From: Macrostomum lignano
Lineage: Eukaryota
Length of the DNA stretch: 64,000 nt
Direction: 5' to 3'
Assembly: GCA_002269645.1 (NCBI GenBank)
Contig: NIVC01003975.1
Span: 1 to 64,000 of the forward strand
The translations under genes were made by a program, and so were the position numbers. Below, one piece after another: positions 1-11,090 of the stretch; positions within the stretch are counted from its first letter, which is position 1, and every line of letters starts with the position of its first letter. The notes under the pieces are model-generated. The model worked only from the letters and a program-made list of their open reading frames with translations. It was not told the DNA's origin and did no database searches.

Positions 1-390
1 CTGACCGAAGGAATCTTAACACCAAGTCCTCATTACTTAAGTCCCAAGCAAGTGCGCATCGAGAGCTCACCGAAGCCAGTCTCACTTAGGGCACAGGAAC
101 CAGTGATCTTTGTCTCAGTACTCCCGCATTCGGGAAAGGCTCGGGGTGCAGCCCCACTATCTGACTCCAGTAGTTAGTGAGGCGACAGTGTCCCGTGCGT
201 AACTGCGAGAGTCGAAACTTTATGGTTGGTGGTAATTCTGGCGATTTTTCCTTTTGGTAGATCTTCTTGAGCCTGTCATCATTAGGACCCCAAGTCTGCG
301 AAGCTTTGATATGTCGCCGGGTCACATCGTAGTCGAGGGTCAGCTCCAGGTCCTACGGGCAGGTCCTAACGAAGAAGATGTGACACGCGA
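1..390 (-). mobile_element. Degenerate 3' fragment of a non-LTR retrotransposon (LINE) ORF2
   Basis: Minus ORF 86..325 contains LSQLRTGHCRLTNYWSQI, resembling the QLRTGH motif of LINE ORF2 C-termini; shifted frames downstream give PECGSTET and DHWFLCP, a broken CCHC knuckle. Confidence 0.5.
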
Positions 391-1058
391 ATGAGCAACG
401 TGAGCAACAAAAATTTGCTGAACTCTTTTTTTAATATAGATTAATTGAAGTTATTCATCCAGAGGCGCAGGACCGAATGAATAGGTAAAATAATTTCTTG
501 GCCCGAAATTCATAACGCACGTTCCACGCATGCGCACAAGCATATTCCCCAACTTGAATGAGTTTATCTGTCACACGCATTATGCCAGTCTACTAGAAAA
601 AATCGATGCTTATCCGGCTGCCGAATGGTTTCCTACTCTTCCGTAGCCCTCCAACGCATGCTAGAAAAGCAGCTCTGGGCTCACGCAGGCGTTGCAATGC
701 CATTACTCTAAGTTAGACTACTAGGAGGCCAGTAAAATTGTGAATCTCTTTCTTCTTACACCACTGCTCTTCCTGGTGCAGTTCCACCCCCATACAAACC
801 CAATACACTGGCAATGGGTTGAAGGACAAACTTGAAACATGCTTGCTGACTGCCCAAACTACTGCTGACTACCCACCTCTTATTATCCATATTAAAACAG
901 CTGTTTCTGTCTACCTCCCTCTTTCCGCACAGAAATTCTTCTTTTGGTTTCTGTCTTAGAGAGATTAGAGATCATTGACCTCCATCTAAATACTATTAAG
1001 TTACGCATTACGCATTTTTAAAATATCCAGATATATACGAGCGAATTAGTATACCATA

Positions 1059-2744
1059 ATGCTGCTGCTTTCTGTGGCTCTGGCCGCACTGCTCAGCTGC
1101 TCTCACGCACACAAAATTTTCCAGTCCCGAATCCCGAACGGCGATCGCGTCCCGAACCCGTGCCAGCCAGGCGCCATCTGGGCCGGAGTCGGACACCAGA
1201 GTCCCGCCGGCGCTAACGCGAGAAACCCCTTCGGCTTGGACTTCAAGGCGGCCGGGCTCCAGTGGACGGTCGACCTGTGCCGCAAGGACTCAGACGGCGA
1301 CGGACTCACGAACGGCCAAGAGCTCGGAGACCCCGACTGCGTGTGGAAGGTCGGTGCGGCTCCGTCGAGAACGACTGGACTGTCCCACCCTGGCATCTGC
1401 CCGCTCGACTCCGCGACGTGCAAGAACTCGTGGACCGTGTGTCCGAAGGCCTTCAGCTGTCCAGCATTCGAAGAGCCCGGTGTTTTCGTGAGAAACTTCA
1501 CCCTCAAACCGACTCCCGTGCCCGCCACAGAGACAACCTACATCTGTCAGGCGTTCGAGCTGAACAACACTGCCTCTCCGGTTCACCTGATCGGATCGAG
1601 GCCGATCATTGACAACAAGAACGTCATGCACCACATGATTATGTATGTCTGCAATGTCAAGCCCGCAGAGACGCTTTTCAATAATTCACAACCGTGTTTC
1701 ATGCCCATTGGAAACTGCACCGAGTTGCTGAACCTCTGGGCCTATGGACTCGAAGGTGAGTGCATCAACAGCAACGCGGGATTCCGATTTGGCGGTGAGG
1801 GTATTCGGTATGGAGTTTTGCAGCTTCACTGGAACAACCCGATGAGGATTTCTAACTACACAGATGCTTCTGGCTTCGCTCTTTACTTTACACAAAACCT
1901 TCGACCATACGACTTGGGAACTCTTATGTATGGCGAGATAAATCTTGTTCTTCCACCGCGACAGCCGTTGATCAGCGTGAACCACACGTGCCCTTCGGTG
2001 TGCACGAACCGGTACCACACTGAGACTCGCTACATCACCGCCGTACTCATTCACATGCACGCTTATGGCATTAAAGGACGCATCTCGCTGTGGAGAAACG
2101 GAACTATGATTAAAGACCTGTCTCCTCTTCAAGTGTACGATTTCAAATCCCCGAAGGTGCACACTTTCGACCCACCGATCGAATACCGGAAAGGTGACGA
2201 AGTAAAGACCGAATGCTACTACAGCACACTAAAAAGCAACGTTACCATCTTCCTTGGAGAAGGCGCCAGAGATGAAATGTGTTTCGCTTTGATATACTAC
2301 TATCCGAACAATGTAGCCCAAACTAACCATGACAAGCTCGGACACTGTGTCGCTGTATCTGGAATCAACCGGTGCTGGGTGGAGAGCGGCATCACTCCTC
2401 AGATCGAGAGGGGTTGCAACATCACCGCGATGCGAAACGGTGACATGCCGAAACGAGTTTATTCTGAAATGGCCGCCAACAAGTGCTTCTCTCGGACCGG
2501 CTGCGACCCGCTGTGCCGCAACTACCTGGAGAACACTCTCTGGCCCAACAATGCCTGCTACGACCCGAAGCGCTCGCGTCAAATGGCCGAAGTGTTGGCT
2601 CTGGGTGTCTTTCAGCTCAATGCGGCTGTGACCCGTACCATCTCGGCTACTCTGTTCGGTCAGAGATTTTGCGAGCAGGAGATCAAAATGCTGGCAGAGA
2701 TGAACCGACAGGCTGCTCCAGCTCAGACAAATACCATCGCCTAA
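1059..2744 (+). CDS. Secreted temptin-domain copper type II ascorbate-dependent monooxygenase (DBH/MOXD/PHM family), single exon, 561 aa
   Basis: Signal peptide MLLLSVALAALLSCSHA; temptin-like region (IPNGDRVPNPC...GVGH...NPFGLDF...LCRKDSDGDGLTNGQELGDPDCVW...SHPGIC); CuH ligands MHHM and QLHWNN; CuM ligands IHMH and DEMC; Cys-rich tail; no TM helix. Confidence 0.9.
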   Translation: MLLLSVALAALLSCSHAHKIFQSRIPNGDRVPNPCQPGAIWAGVGHQSPAGANARNPFGLDFKAAGLQWTVDLCRKDSDGDGLTNGQELGDPDCVWKVGAAPSRTTGLSHPGICPLDSATCKNSWTVCPKAFSCPAFEEPGVFVRNFTLKPTPVPATETTYICQAFELNNTASPVHLIGSRPIIDNKNVMHHMIMYVCNVKPAETLFNNSQPCFMPIGNCTELLNLWAYGLEGECINSNAGFRFGGEGIRYGVLQLHWNNPMRISNYTDASGFALYFTQNLRPYDLGTLMYGEINLVLPPRQPLISVNHTCPSVCTNRYHTETRYITAVLIHMHAYGIKGRISLWRNGTMIKDLSPLQVYDFKSPKVHTFDPPIEYRKGDEVKTECYYSTLKSNVTIFLGEGARDEMCFALIYYYPNNVAQTNHDKLGHCVAVSGINRCWVESGITPQIERGCNITAMRNGDMPKRVYSEMAANKCFSRTGCDPLCRNYLENTLWPNNACYDPKRSRQMAEVLALGVFQLNAAVTRTISATLFGQRFCEQEIKMLAEMNRQAAPAQTNTIA

Positions 2745-2938
2745 CCTCTGAACACCATCATGCGAATAGTTGTGACATTCAAGTTGAACAACTGGTCGTT
2801 GGTCCGTGCAGTCGAACCAAGTGTTACTTTTTGGTTGCGGTTTATAAAACATTTGACTGGTTTACGCTTAACTGTGGAGTATTTAACTTTTCAAATAACG
2901 TTTGCTTGTTTTTTGTCTGAAATTTAATTGAATGTTTC

Positions 2939-2944
2939 AATAAA
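2939..2944 (+). terminator. Candidate polyadenylation signal of monooxygenase 1
   Basis: AATAAA about 195 bp after the stop in an AT-rich 3' UTR. Confidence 0.5.
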
Positions 2945-3419
2945 TATTAGTTTTATGATTAGGCATTACACTTAAACTATAGTTGACTATTCTTTCTCCT
3001 TCCAAGACAGAAAGGTATTTCTCGCAGGCCTGGCTCCTACGAAAGTTTCAAACAGAATTCCTACAACAATTTGCAAGCAATCGAGATTACATGTAAGCCC
3101 ATTGCCAAGATTCAAGAAATCAATGTTTTCAGTTTGTAACATATTAGTTGTAACGCTGACGAATGTATGCTTTATATTCTCACAACATTTATCGCATCCA
3201 AGTAAGCCTTGGACTAGTTGAAATTACATTGAGCAGTCCTGAAGACGTAAGAGTGCACTGAGCGACTCGCTCTAGGAAGGAGGAGCACTGAAGTTGCCCC
3301 CCCCGAGAGTTTCCCGCAATACTTTAATTTTTACTGCAGTGCAGTTAGCTTCACGCGGATTTTGTCTGCATTGCATTTTGCCCCCAGTTTTTATGAAAAT
3401 GCTGAAAAATTCCTTAAGT

Positions 3420-4655
3420 CGGAAAATTGTTTGACGCTTCATAAGAAAATACAGCTCATACATATAGGAAACCTCTGTTTTGAGTTATTACCACAACCTA
3501 GTTATGCTATGGTCAACAATGGTTGTCTGGGCAGAGCCGCATGGTTCAAAGTATAATTAGTGATTATCTGCTCATCAGTAGCCCTTTAATCGTTGCTACA
3601 TCGCCAATTTGTTGTTCTTCTCCTGTATTGATCACAAAACTAGCACTGCTTAGATGCAGTTGTCGTGGCTGAAGTGAGCCAATGGCTTCAACGATCCTTT
3701 AAAAGCCTTTAACTGGCTGGCCGATGATTTTTCCCTCAAAAGCCACAAGATACGGACAAGCTGAAGGAATTTCTAATGAAGGAAACAAATACAATCGCAT
3801 AGTCAAGACTTGGCCTATCGGTACGCTTTCCACCATCTGAAGCAAGAAGCAAGAAGCAAAAGCAAGTTTGTATTTAGCTTTGCCAACATGGAGACTGTCA
3901 GAAAGCTTCTGACCGAAAAAAGGAAGGACCTCACTCGGGAGAAGGTGACGTCCGTGGCCAGTGCATGTGAAGCCGCGACGCCAATGTGAAAGAAAAAATG
4001 AAAGAAGTGACGCTTTTCTGATCAATAAAACGGCTCCACAACACAAGCTGGATACAAGACAGAAAGATCACAAAACATCCACTTTAGTCTCGTCGGAAGT
4101 ATAACCAACGGAATCAAGGAGACCAAGTAAACTGCTTCTGCTGTGACAGGAACAGACACCACAAGGACGTGTGCCGACATCGTTCGAAAATGTGCTTGAC
4201 CTTTGGAAAGACAGGTCATTTCAAAGCTGCGTGCAGATCAAGTATCTCCAGAACAGTTGAAGTGGAGTGGAGTTGAGACACTTTGAGGAAGGCACGGAAA
4301 GACACTATTGATACTAAAAAGAGAGAAACGTAACTGAAGTATCTGGCAGAACTGAATAGACAGAACTGACTGAGATCAGAGTCATCAGAGAGATGATCGC
4401 AGTCAGCGCACATGAAATGCAACTGACTGACTGCGCTATTCTACCCCTAGGAAGACTAGGTGACACACGAACTATTGCGAACTCTTGGACGGTACCAAGG
4501 TCTATTTGGGAGGAGTGTTTGACGCCTTGTAAGAATAAAGAGCTCATATGCTAAGTTATCCATTTAAGTTATTCCAACGGCCTAGTTAATCTATGGTTAA
4601 TAATGTGTGAGCAGAGCCGCAGGGCTCAAAATATAATAAGCGTCTGCTCAAGCTA
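3420..4655. repeat. Diverged direct repeat pair of about 150 bp (about 3420-3575 and 4510-4655)
   Basis: tgtttgacgcttcataagaa...cctagttatgctatggtcaacaatg...gcagagccgcatggttcaaagtataat matches tgtttgacgccttgtaagaa...cctagttaatctatggttaataatg...gcagagccgcagggctcaaaatataat. Confidence 0.55.
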
Positions 4656-6149
4656 CATCACCGCTCAAGCGTATTAGTGATGTAGATATGCACGAGTGTA
4701 TAAGCACTGGAAAAGCGCTTACATCGGAGTGAAAAAAACAACGACCTCTTCTCGTCTCGAACAGAGCTATCCAAGCAGACCAGCTCCAGGCTAGCCGATC
4801 TCAATGCCCAATAACGAAGCAGTAGAGGTTTGAGGGCCAATCCAGCAGCCTGCATATGCGTGACAAAGAAAACTGGCAGCAAATGCTTGGGGAAATTGAT
4901 GGTTGCCTAGCGCTAAAGCCTTACCCCGCTAAAACAATTCAATTTTTTTATATGGTGCCTGCGTTATTTTTGACCATAAAATACACTGCCTTAAATAGAT
5001 ACTCAGTTCTGCGAATTTTGAGATGTGAGCCTCACCTCACCTCACCTTTGGAGGCCAGTGCGTCTGAAAGTCTTTCTGTCTTGTATGCATATAAGATAAC
5101 AGAAAAATAAAACCTGTTATAAAACCTGATGATAGCTTTTGCTGGAATAGAAGAGTTTTTGGTAATACGAGTAAGTAGAAACTGGGGGAAGAGGCAAACC
5201 TTTAAAGAAAGACTCAATTTTTTACTTTTGGCTCATAATGTACTTCATTTTCATGCTATAAGAGTAGCGTTTTGAACAACATGCTGGTTACTAGAAGTGG
5301 AGTTGACAGTTTTAGATCCGGCAGCACTTAAATCGGCTCTGCTTCCATCGGACTATCAGGGTGAATCTCATCACTCTAATAGAGACAGTGTGAAGTTTCT
5401 TCGTCGAAAGCTTTTAGAAGCCACTAATCAATGTCTGTCTCTTAATTCGCCTGCTAATTTCAGATATTCTTAGACAGACAGGTTAGTACGCTGGTATTGT
5501 AGATTTAGGGGTAGTACTATAAAGCTGTCGTAGCGTAAGTTCGATCGCACGTCAGAACTTTTACACTGCGGAGATCGGACCTAAGAACGATCTTATCTTA
5601 CGATGGCTTTATAGAACGAGCCCTTAGGGTTCTTGATCTTGTAGCTAATTTATGTATCAATCTATAAAAATCGCATTGGTATTTTTACTATACTGTTTGC
5701 CTTAAATTTACTGTCCTTTCTTCTAAGCAACCGACAAATACAGTTAAATCTTACATTTAAAGCATTGTTTTTTATGGTTCGCGCACCCATGCATTGATGG
5801 TATTGCTGCATGGCATTGTACCAGGACGCGCAATAAGCGCTATTGTGAAAGCGTGCTTAAAAGGCTTGTGATCACGTATTGGCTAGTGTAATGTTGTGCA
5901 CTAGAAATTTAGCTACAAATATCGTGATTACAATATAGCTTTTTGCAGCCCATTTAGGGCTTACGCCCATTGAATTTAATCCAAGATACGTTTTTTAGTG
6001 CTATGGAGTTTTGTCCATGGTAGCTCGTAGGTCGTAGCACAGCGGATATTAATTCGGTCCAACGAGCATCAATTTAGTCCGTAGCTTCATTTGCAACTGC
6101 TGCGGAGGAGCAAGATCAGCCCCAGAATTGTGGACCACATGCTAGGCTG

Positions 6150-6620
6150 TCGAACTCGAGCGAATGCCATAATCGGCGCGCTTGACGGAGATGAACACCC
6201 AAAGGACATTGCAAGGTTGTTGAATGTAAAAGAAAAGATAGGTTTACAGCATCCATCAGCGCGCTTAAACTACTGCCAGCATAAGTCGCCTGCGAAAGGG
6301 TAGCAATCGCCAAGGCAAGTTGCTGGAGCCTCAGGTCCAATACTCAATGGAATTGAGAAACCCTTTGTTGACGCTGTAGAAAATACAGTAGAAGTTAATT
6401 AGGAACAGCTCCAGTTGGTTATCAGATTTCGACTATCAGCAGAGCTCTGGAAAAGTGACTGATAATTGTTGTTAGAGACGCTGAAATTCCAGCGTTACGC
6501 GACAACCTACTGACGGTTGCGAGAAGGCAAGAGTTCGCCAAATGGCTCACGGACGTTTGGACCAAATTGTTGTTGGACCAAATTAAATGCCGCGGTCATC
6601 AACGATGGTAATCACGCACT
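6150..6620 (+). mobile_element. Decayed IS630/Tc1/mariner-type transposase relic
   Basis: Broken frames give RANAIIGALDGDEHPKDIARLLNV (HTH-like), VYSIHQRA*TTASISRLRKGS...RNPLLT, ISTISRALEK and RRQEFAKWLTDVWTKLLLDQ, in the order expected for a Tc1-family N-terminus; stops and frameshifts present. Confidence 0.45.
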
Positions 6621-9117
6621 GGAACATGGATGAAGTAATATCATGGATTTGCTCATCTGGGAAATGTCTCCCCCCCATCTTGGGTAGTCCCCCGCTTCAA
6701 TTGCATTGGCTGAGTGAGTCTATAAATACTTTCCTCGTTTCAAAGTTATTGGTTTTAGCTTATGTTGGGGCCACAGACAATTTGCAGATGAACAATCCAT
6801 GCATTTCCTTAAACTATGGGCTGTAGGCAGGGATGGGAGGTCACTAGGTGCATTTCACTTGGGTGAATTTGGACAATAGCGCGGAGGTTGGGGTGGGTAG
6901 GGAATGAGTCATCGGGGGGGACCTGAGTATCGGGTATCGCTGGTTGGGATCGGGCATGGACGGCGCATTGGGAAAAAAGACATTTAAACTTTTGTAAACA
7001 ACTGTACATTGATTTGAGCAATCCTGGACCTGCGGAGCTTTCAGCGGTAATGCTAATCAGCCTTAAAGTGTTCGTTCCTACCGCCATCGAGCTAGCTTTA
7101 TTACATCAGAGTTGTGTGATTTGATAGCGATGGCTTATCAATTTTGGGAAGCAAACATCCGAAATCCGGACGACTCTGATGACGGCAGAGGACGAGAGGA
7201 CACGGCAGAAGATGCAGCGACAATGCAGCTGCTGTACAAAAGCAGTTTAAGGATTTTGGAGCAGCCGACCTTACCCAGGAGGGTCGACTTTCAAATCGAA
7301 AGCAAGTCGTCTGTAGATCCAGCTGTACGTAAGCAACTCAGGTACTGTTTGGCACGCTGCTACGTTATTATTATGCATATCTACTGTTTTTTTCAGGTGC
7401 ACTTTACTTCTTTTAATTCCCCATTTAAGGTTTGTAATAGCGCCGGGTGCTTTATTCATTACTAGGCATTAGACTCATTTTTATCAATGCTCTGCATCAT
7501 TAAATTGTATTTGTCAAAATGTTTTGGCTTAAGATCTACGAGTAATCTGATCGACCCTTGCTAGATCATTTGGTCCATTTGGCCAAGTTCCCTTATTTAC
7601 TGCTTTGTGGTCCCTGTGTGTGTGTTTTCAGCGCGTCATTGATAACATGCGTGTTTAGTGATAACCGAAATCATTGGTCAATATCATAAATTCACACTGA
7701 TTTATACGAGCGTACAGCTTAAATCGACTTAGATACAACAGATGCGATTCAGGATAGTACTCAACACAAATCCACTTACACTCTACTGTACTGACGTTGA
7801 GTTTTAGGCCAGTCTCTGTGAGTCCGGTCTATGATATCCGTATGCGCGGAGAGCTCTCGTGCACTCTAGGAGGATCGACTCGTATGACTATCGCGACCCC
7901 ATTGTTCGATTCCGTGTGCGCCCACATTGATCTGGGGCTGTCGTGCAGTTCACAGCCGTGAGGGCCAACCCCCAAGGCTCAGAGAGTGTACATGCCTGAC
8001 GATTAGACAGTCAAAGGGCAGTCGAATGGGCGGAATTGCCTCAGGAAGAAATTATGAAACGATATCACCGAAGGCGTCCTGCAATTTTTTGTATTTCCTA
8101 ACAGCTTTTCCCAAGCGCCCAGCCAACTCCAACCCTCTATCTGTCCGTGCAGCTCAAGAGCTAGAGTGTTGCTCAGTGCATCTTTTAGTTAAAATTGGTT
8201 TGACCAAATTGAGTTGGGCCGTACGCGCGTTCCTCGCCAATAAGGCTGACAATATCAGTAGGCAATTTCATTTTTAATATATTTGATTTGATTTCGATCA
8301 TGGCGTATCCGGCTTTAAAAGCTTTTTAAACTTGGGGTTGAATTGACTACAGCGGGGATAGGGATCTATCAATAATATACGACTCGTATATACTTACTCG
8401 TAGTAAGGCTCGTGTGTAAGCCTTCACTCGCCACTCCATCAGCAACCACAAATGAAAGTCGCAGATCTAATCTTCTTTTTCGTGCTTTAATATTGAGTAA
8501 AATTTTTACCAGTTCGACCCTATTTCGTACAGACCATATTTCACAGTCGTTTGATTTGCTAGATAGAAGAGCAGCTAATCAAGCATCGGGGACTACGACT
8601 GTGGATGCACTCTACAAAACAGGGGGTGCTTTTTCTCTAAATGCAACGTCGAGATAAATTTTCAGCTGTTTAGCACTAAAAATTCACAATATCTTATCTT
8701 CAAGACTTCCGAATTGGAAACAGAGCACGCATCGTACTAATATCGAATTATATCGAATTTGCAAGAAAATGTACTCTTAGGCTTACTTTTTGGCGATATA
8801 CGGTACTTGTAGATAGTCACTACCCAGCTAAGTGAACTAAACAGCTTATTATTGCTGAAAAATTTTGATTTATATTTATATAGAAGACTCGCGAAAAATG
8901 AAGTAAACATAGTGAAGAATATTTAAATTATTAGCACAAGAAAAGCTGCATAAATTTAGTAAAAACTACCGGATAGATTTGTTCTCAAGCTATTAATTTG
9001 GGCAGTGCAGTCGCAATTGACTTATGGTTTGGTTTTTTCACACGAAAGGAACAAGCACTAAAATTGAATTTGAATGACAATGCTACAAATAGAGATTAAG
9101 GAACGCACCGTAAAATA

Positions 9118-9123
9118 TTTATT
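9118..9123 (-). terminator. Candidate polyadenylation signal of monooxygenase 2
   Basis: TTTATT on + (AATAAA on -) about 150 bp past the stop at 9273. Confidence 0.5.
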
Positions 9124-9272
9124 AGTGTTAATATTTGAGTCTTTAAGTCTTCGACTTTGTATTGATTTAGCAAAAATGTTTTTTTGACGTGAGGTGGAAA
9201 GTCATTGGTCAGTATACAGTATAGTCGTCTTCTGCGTTAATGGAATTCTCTATTGTCAGCACGTCTCGCAGT

Positions 9273-11090
9273 TTAGCTTCTGTGGTTGAGCCTGATTGAC
9301 AGATAGGTTAGCAGAGCCAAAAACAGAACAAACCCCAGGCAGCTGCACACAACGATGATGATCAGCAGGTGCTCGGAGGTCAACCCGCTTTTTTGGAGAA
9401 TCGGCGCAGCCGGCAGCGCCTCGATGAGTTTCGTTGGAGCTGGAGCATTCAACAAATTGATCTCCTGCTCGCAGAAGCGCTGTCCATACAGAGTACGGGC
9501 GATTGTTTCGTGATTAGATGACGGTACCATGCCCAAAGCCATGGCTTCAGCCATCTGTCTCGACCTTGTCGGGTCGTAGCAAGCATTTAAGGGCCACAGA
9601 GTGAAGTTCAGGTAGTTTCGACAAGCTGGATCGCATCCAGTCCGAGCAAAGCAGTTGTTGGCGGCCATTTCCGACATCACTCGATTCGGCATTTCTCCAC
9701 TCCTCATCGACGTGATGTTACAGTCTCGTTCCACATGCGGAACTATGTTGCTTGCAACCCAGCACAAGTTGATTGCAGCTATAGCCATACACTGGGTCAG
9801 TCTCTCTGACGCAGGAACCCTGGCCTTATTTGGATACAACCACAGAAATGACAGGCACATTTCGTCATTTTTAGCGGCTCCAGAAAATACCGTCCGGTCA
9901 TTCTTCAGTGTGGTAAAGTAGCACTCTGTTTTCAATTCATCTCCGGGTTGATACTCAACCGTTTGGTTCAAGAAAATAACTTTTGGAGAGTTGTAACTGT
10001 ATTCCTGGAGCGGCCAGATGTCCCTCACTAAAGTTTCATTCCTCCAGAGAGAAATGCGTCCTCTAATACCGTTGGTGTGCATGTAGATGCCTACTCCTGT
10101 GATGTAGCGAGTCTCAGTGTGGTACCGGTTAGTGCACACCGAAGGGCACGTGTGGTTCACGCTGATCAACGGCTGTCGCGGTGGGAGAACGAGATTTCCC
10201 TCGCCATACATCACAGTTCCCAAGTCGGATGGTCGCAGGTTTTGTGTAAAGTAGAGAGCGAAGCCAGAAGCGTCGGTGTAGCCTGAATGCCTCGCCGGGT
10301 TGTTCCAGTGAAGCTGCAAAACTCCGTACCGAAAGCCATCACCGCCGATTCGGAACCCCGCGTTGCTATTGATGCACTCGCCTTCGAGTCCGTAGGCCCA
10401 AAGGTTCATCATCTGGGTGCAGTTTCTGTGGCCCATTAAACACTGCCGTGGATTATCGAACAGCGTCTGTTCTGGCTTGACACTGCAGGCGTACATAATC
10501 ATGTGGTGCATGACGTTCTTGTTGTCGATGATCGGCCTCGATCCGATCAGGTGAACCGGAGAGGCAGTGTTGTTCAGCTCGAACGCCTGACAGACGTATG
10601 TCGTCTCAGTGGCGGGCACGGGAGTCGGTTTGAGGGTGAAGTTTCTCACGAAAACACCGGGCTCTTCGAATGCTGGACAGCTGAAGGCCTTCGGACACAC
10701 GGTCCACGAGTTCTTGCACGTCGCGGAGTCGAGCGGGCAGATGCCAGGGTGGGACAGTCCAGTCGTTCGCGCCGGAGCCGCACCGACCTTCCACACGCAG
10801 TCGGGGTCTCCGAGCTCTTGGCCGTTCGTGATTCCGTCGCCGTCCGAGTCCTTGCGGCACAGGTCGATTGTCCAGCTGAAGCTGGCGGCCTTGAAGTCCA
10901 AGCCGAAGGGATTTATAGCGTCAGCACCGGCGGGACTCTGGTGTCCGAGTCCGACCCAGATGTCGCCTTGCTGGCACGGATTCGGGACCCGGTCGCCGTT
11001 CGGTATTCGGGACTGGAACATTCTGTACGCGTGAGAGCAGCTGAGCAGTGCGGCCAGAGCCGCATATATTATCAGCGCATTTTTTGTCAT
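9273..11090 (-). CDS. Membrane-anchored temptin-domain copper type II monooxygenase paralog, single exon, 605 aa
   Basis: Same architecture as 1059..2744; signal peptide; MHHM, QLHWNN and DEMC intact; the HxH motif reads IYMH; C-terminal hydrophobic helix HLLIIIVVCSCLGFVLFLALLTYLSI followed by a short basic tail. Confidence 0.9.
   Translation of the reverse strand: MTKNALIIYAALAALLSCSHAYRMFQSRIPNGDRVPNPCQQGDIWVGLGHQSPAGADAINPFGLDFKAASFSWTIDLCRKDSDGDGITNGQELGDPDCVWKVGAAPARTTGLSHPGICPLDSATCKNSWTVCPKAFSCPAFEEPGVFVRNFTLKPTPVPATETTYVCQAFELNNTASPVHLIGSRPIIDNKNVMHHMIMYACSVKPEQTLFDNPRQCLMGHRNCTQMMNLWAYGLEGECINSNAGFRIGGDGFRYGVLQLHWNNPARHSGYTDASGFALYFTQNLRPSDLGTVMYGEGNLVLPPRQPLISVNHTCPSVCTNRYHTETRYITGVGIYMHTNGIRGRISLWRNETLVRDIWPLQEYSYNSPKVIFLNQTVEYQPGDELKTECYFTTLKNDRTVFSGAAKNDEMCLSFLWLYPNKARVPASERLTQCMAIAAINLCWVASNIVPHVERDCNITSMRSGEMPNRVMSEMAANNCFARTGCDPACRNYLNFTLWPLNACYDPTRSRQMAEAMALGMVPSSNHETIARTLYGQRFCEQEINLLNAPAPTKLIEALPAAPILQKSGLTSEHLLIIIVVCSCLGFVLFLALLTYLSIRLNHRS

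Noticed and set aside
3560-3585. CTGATGAG (minus strand) as a hammerhead ribozyme core; similar site near 54777
   Set aside because: No stem II followed by GAAA could be built.
7112-7465. 117-aa ORF with possible splice sites (MAYQFWEANIRNPDD...)
   Set aside because: No recognisable domain or consistent multi-exon model; left unannotated.
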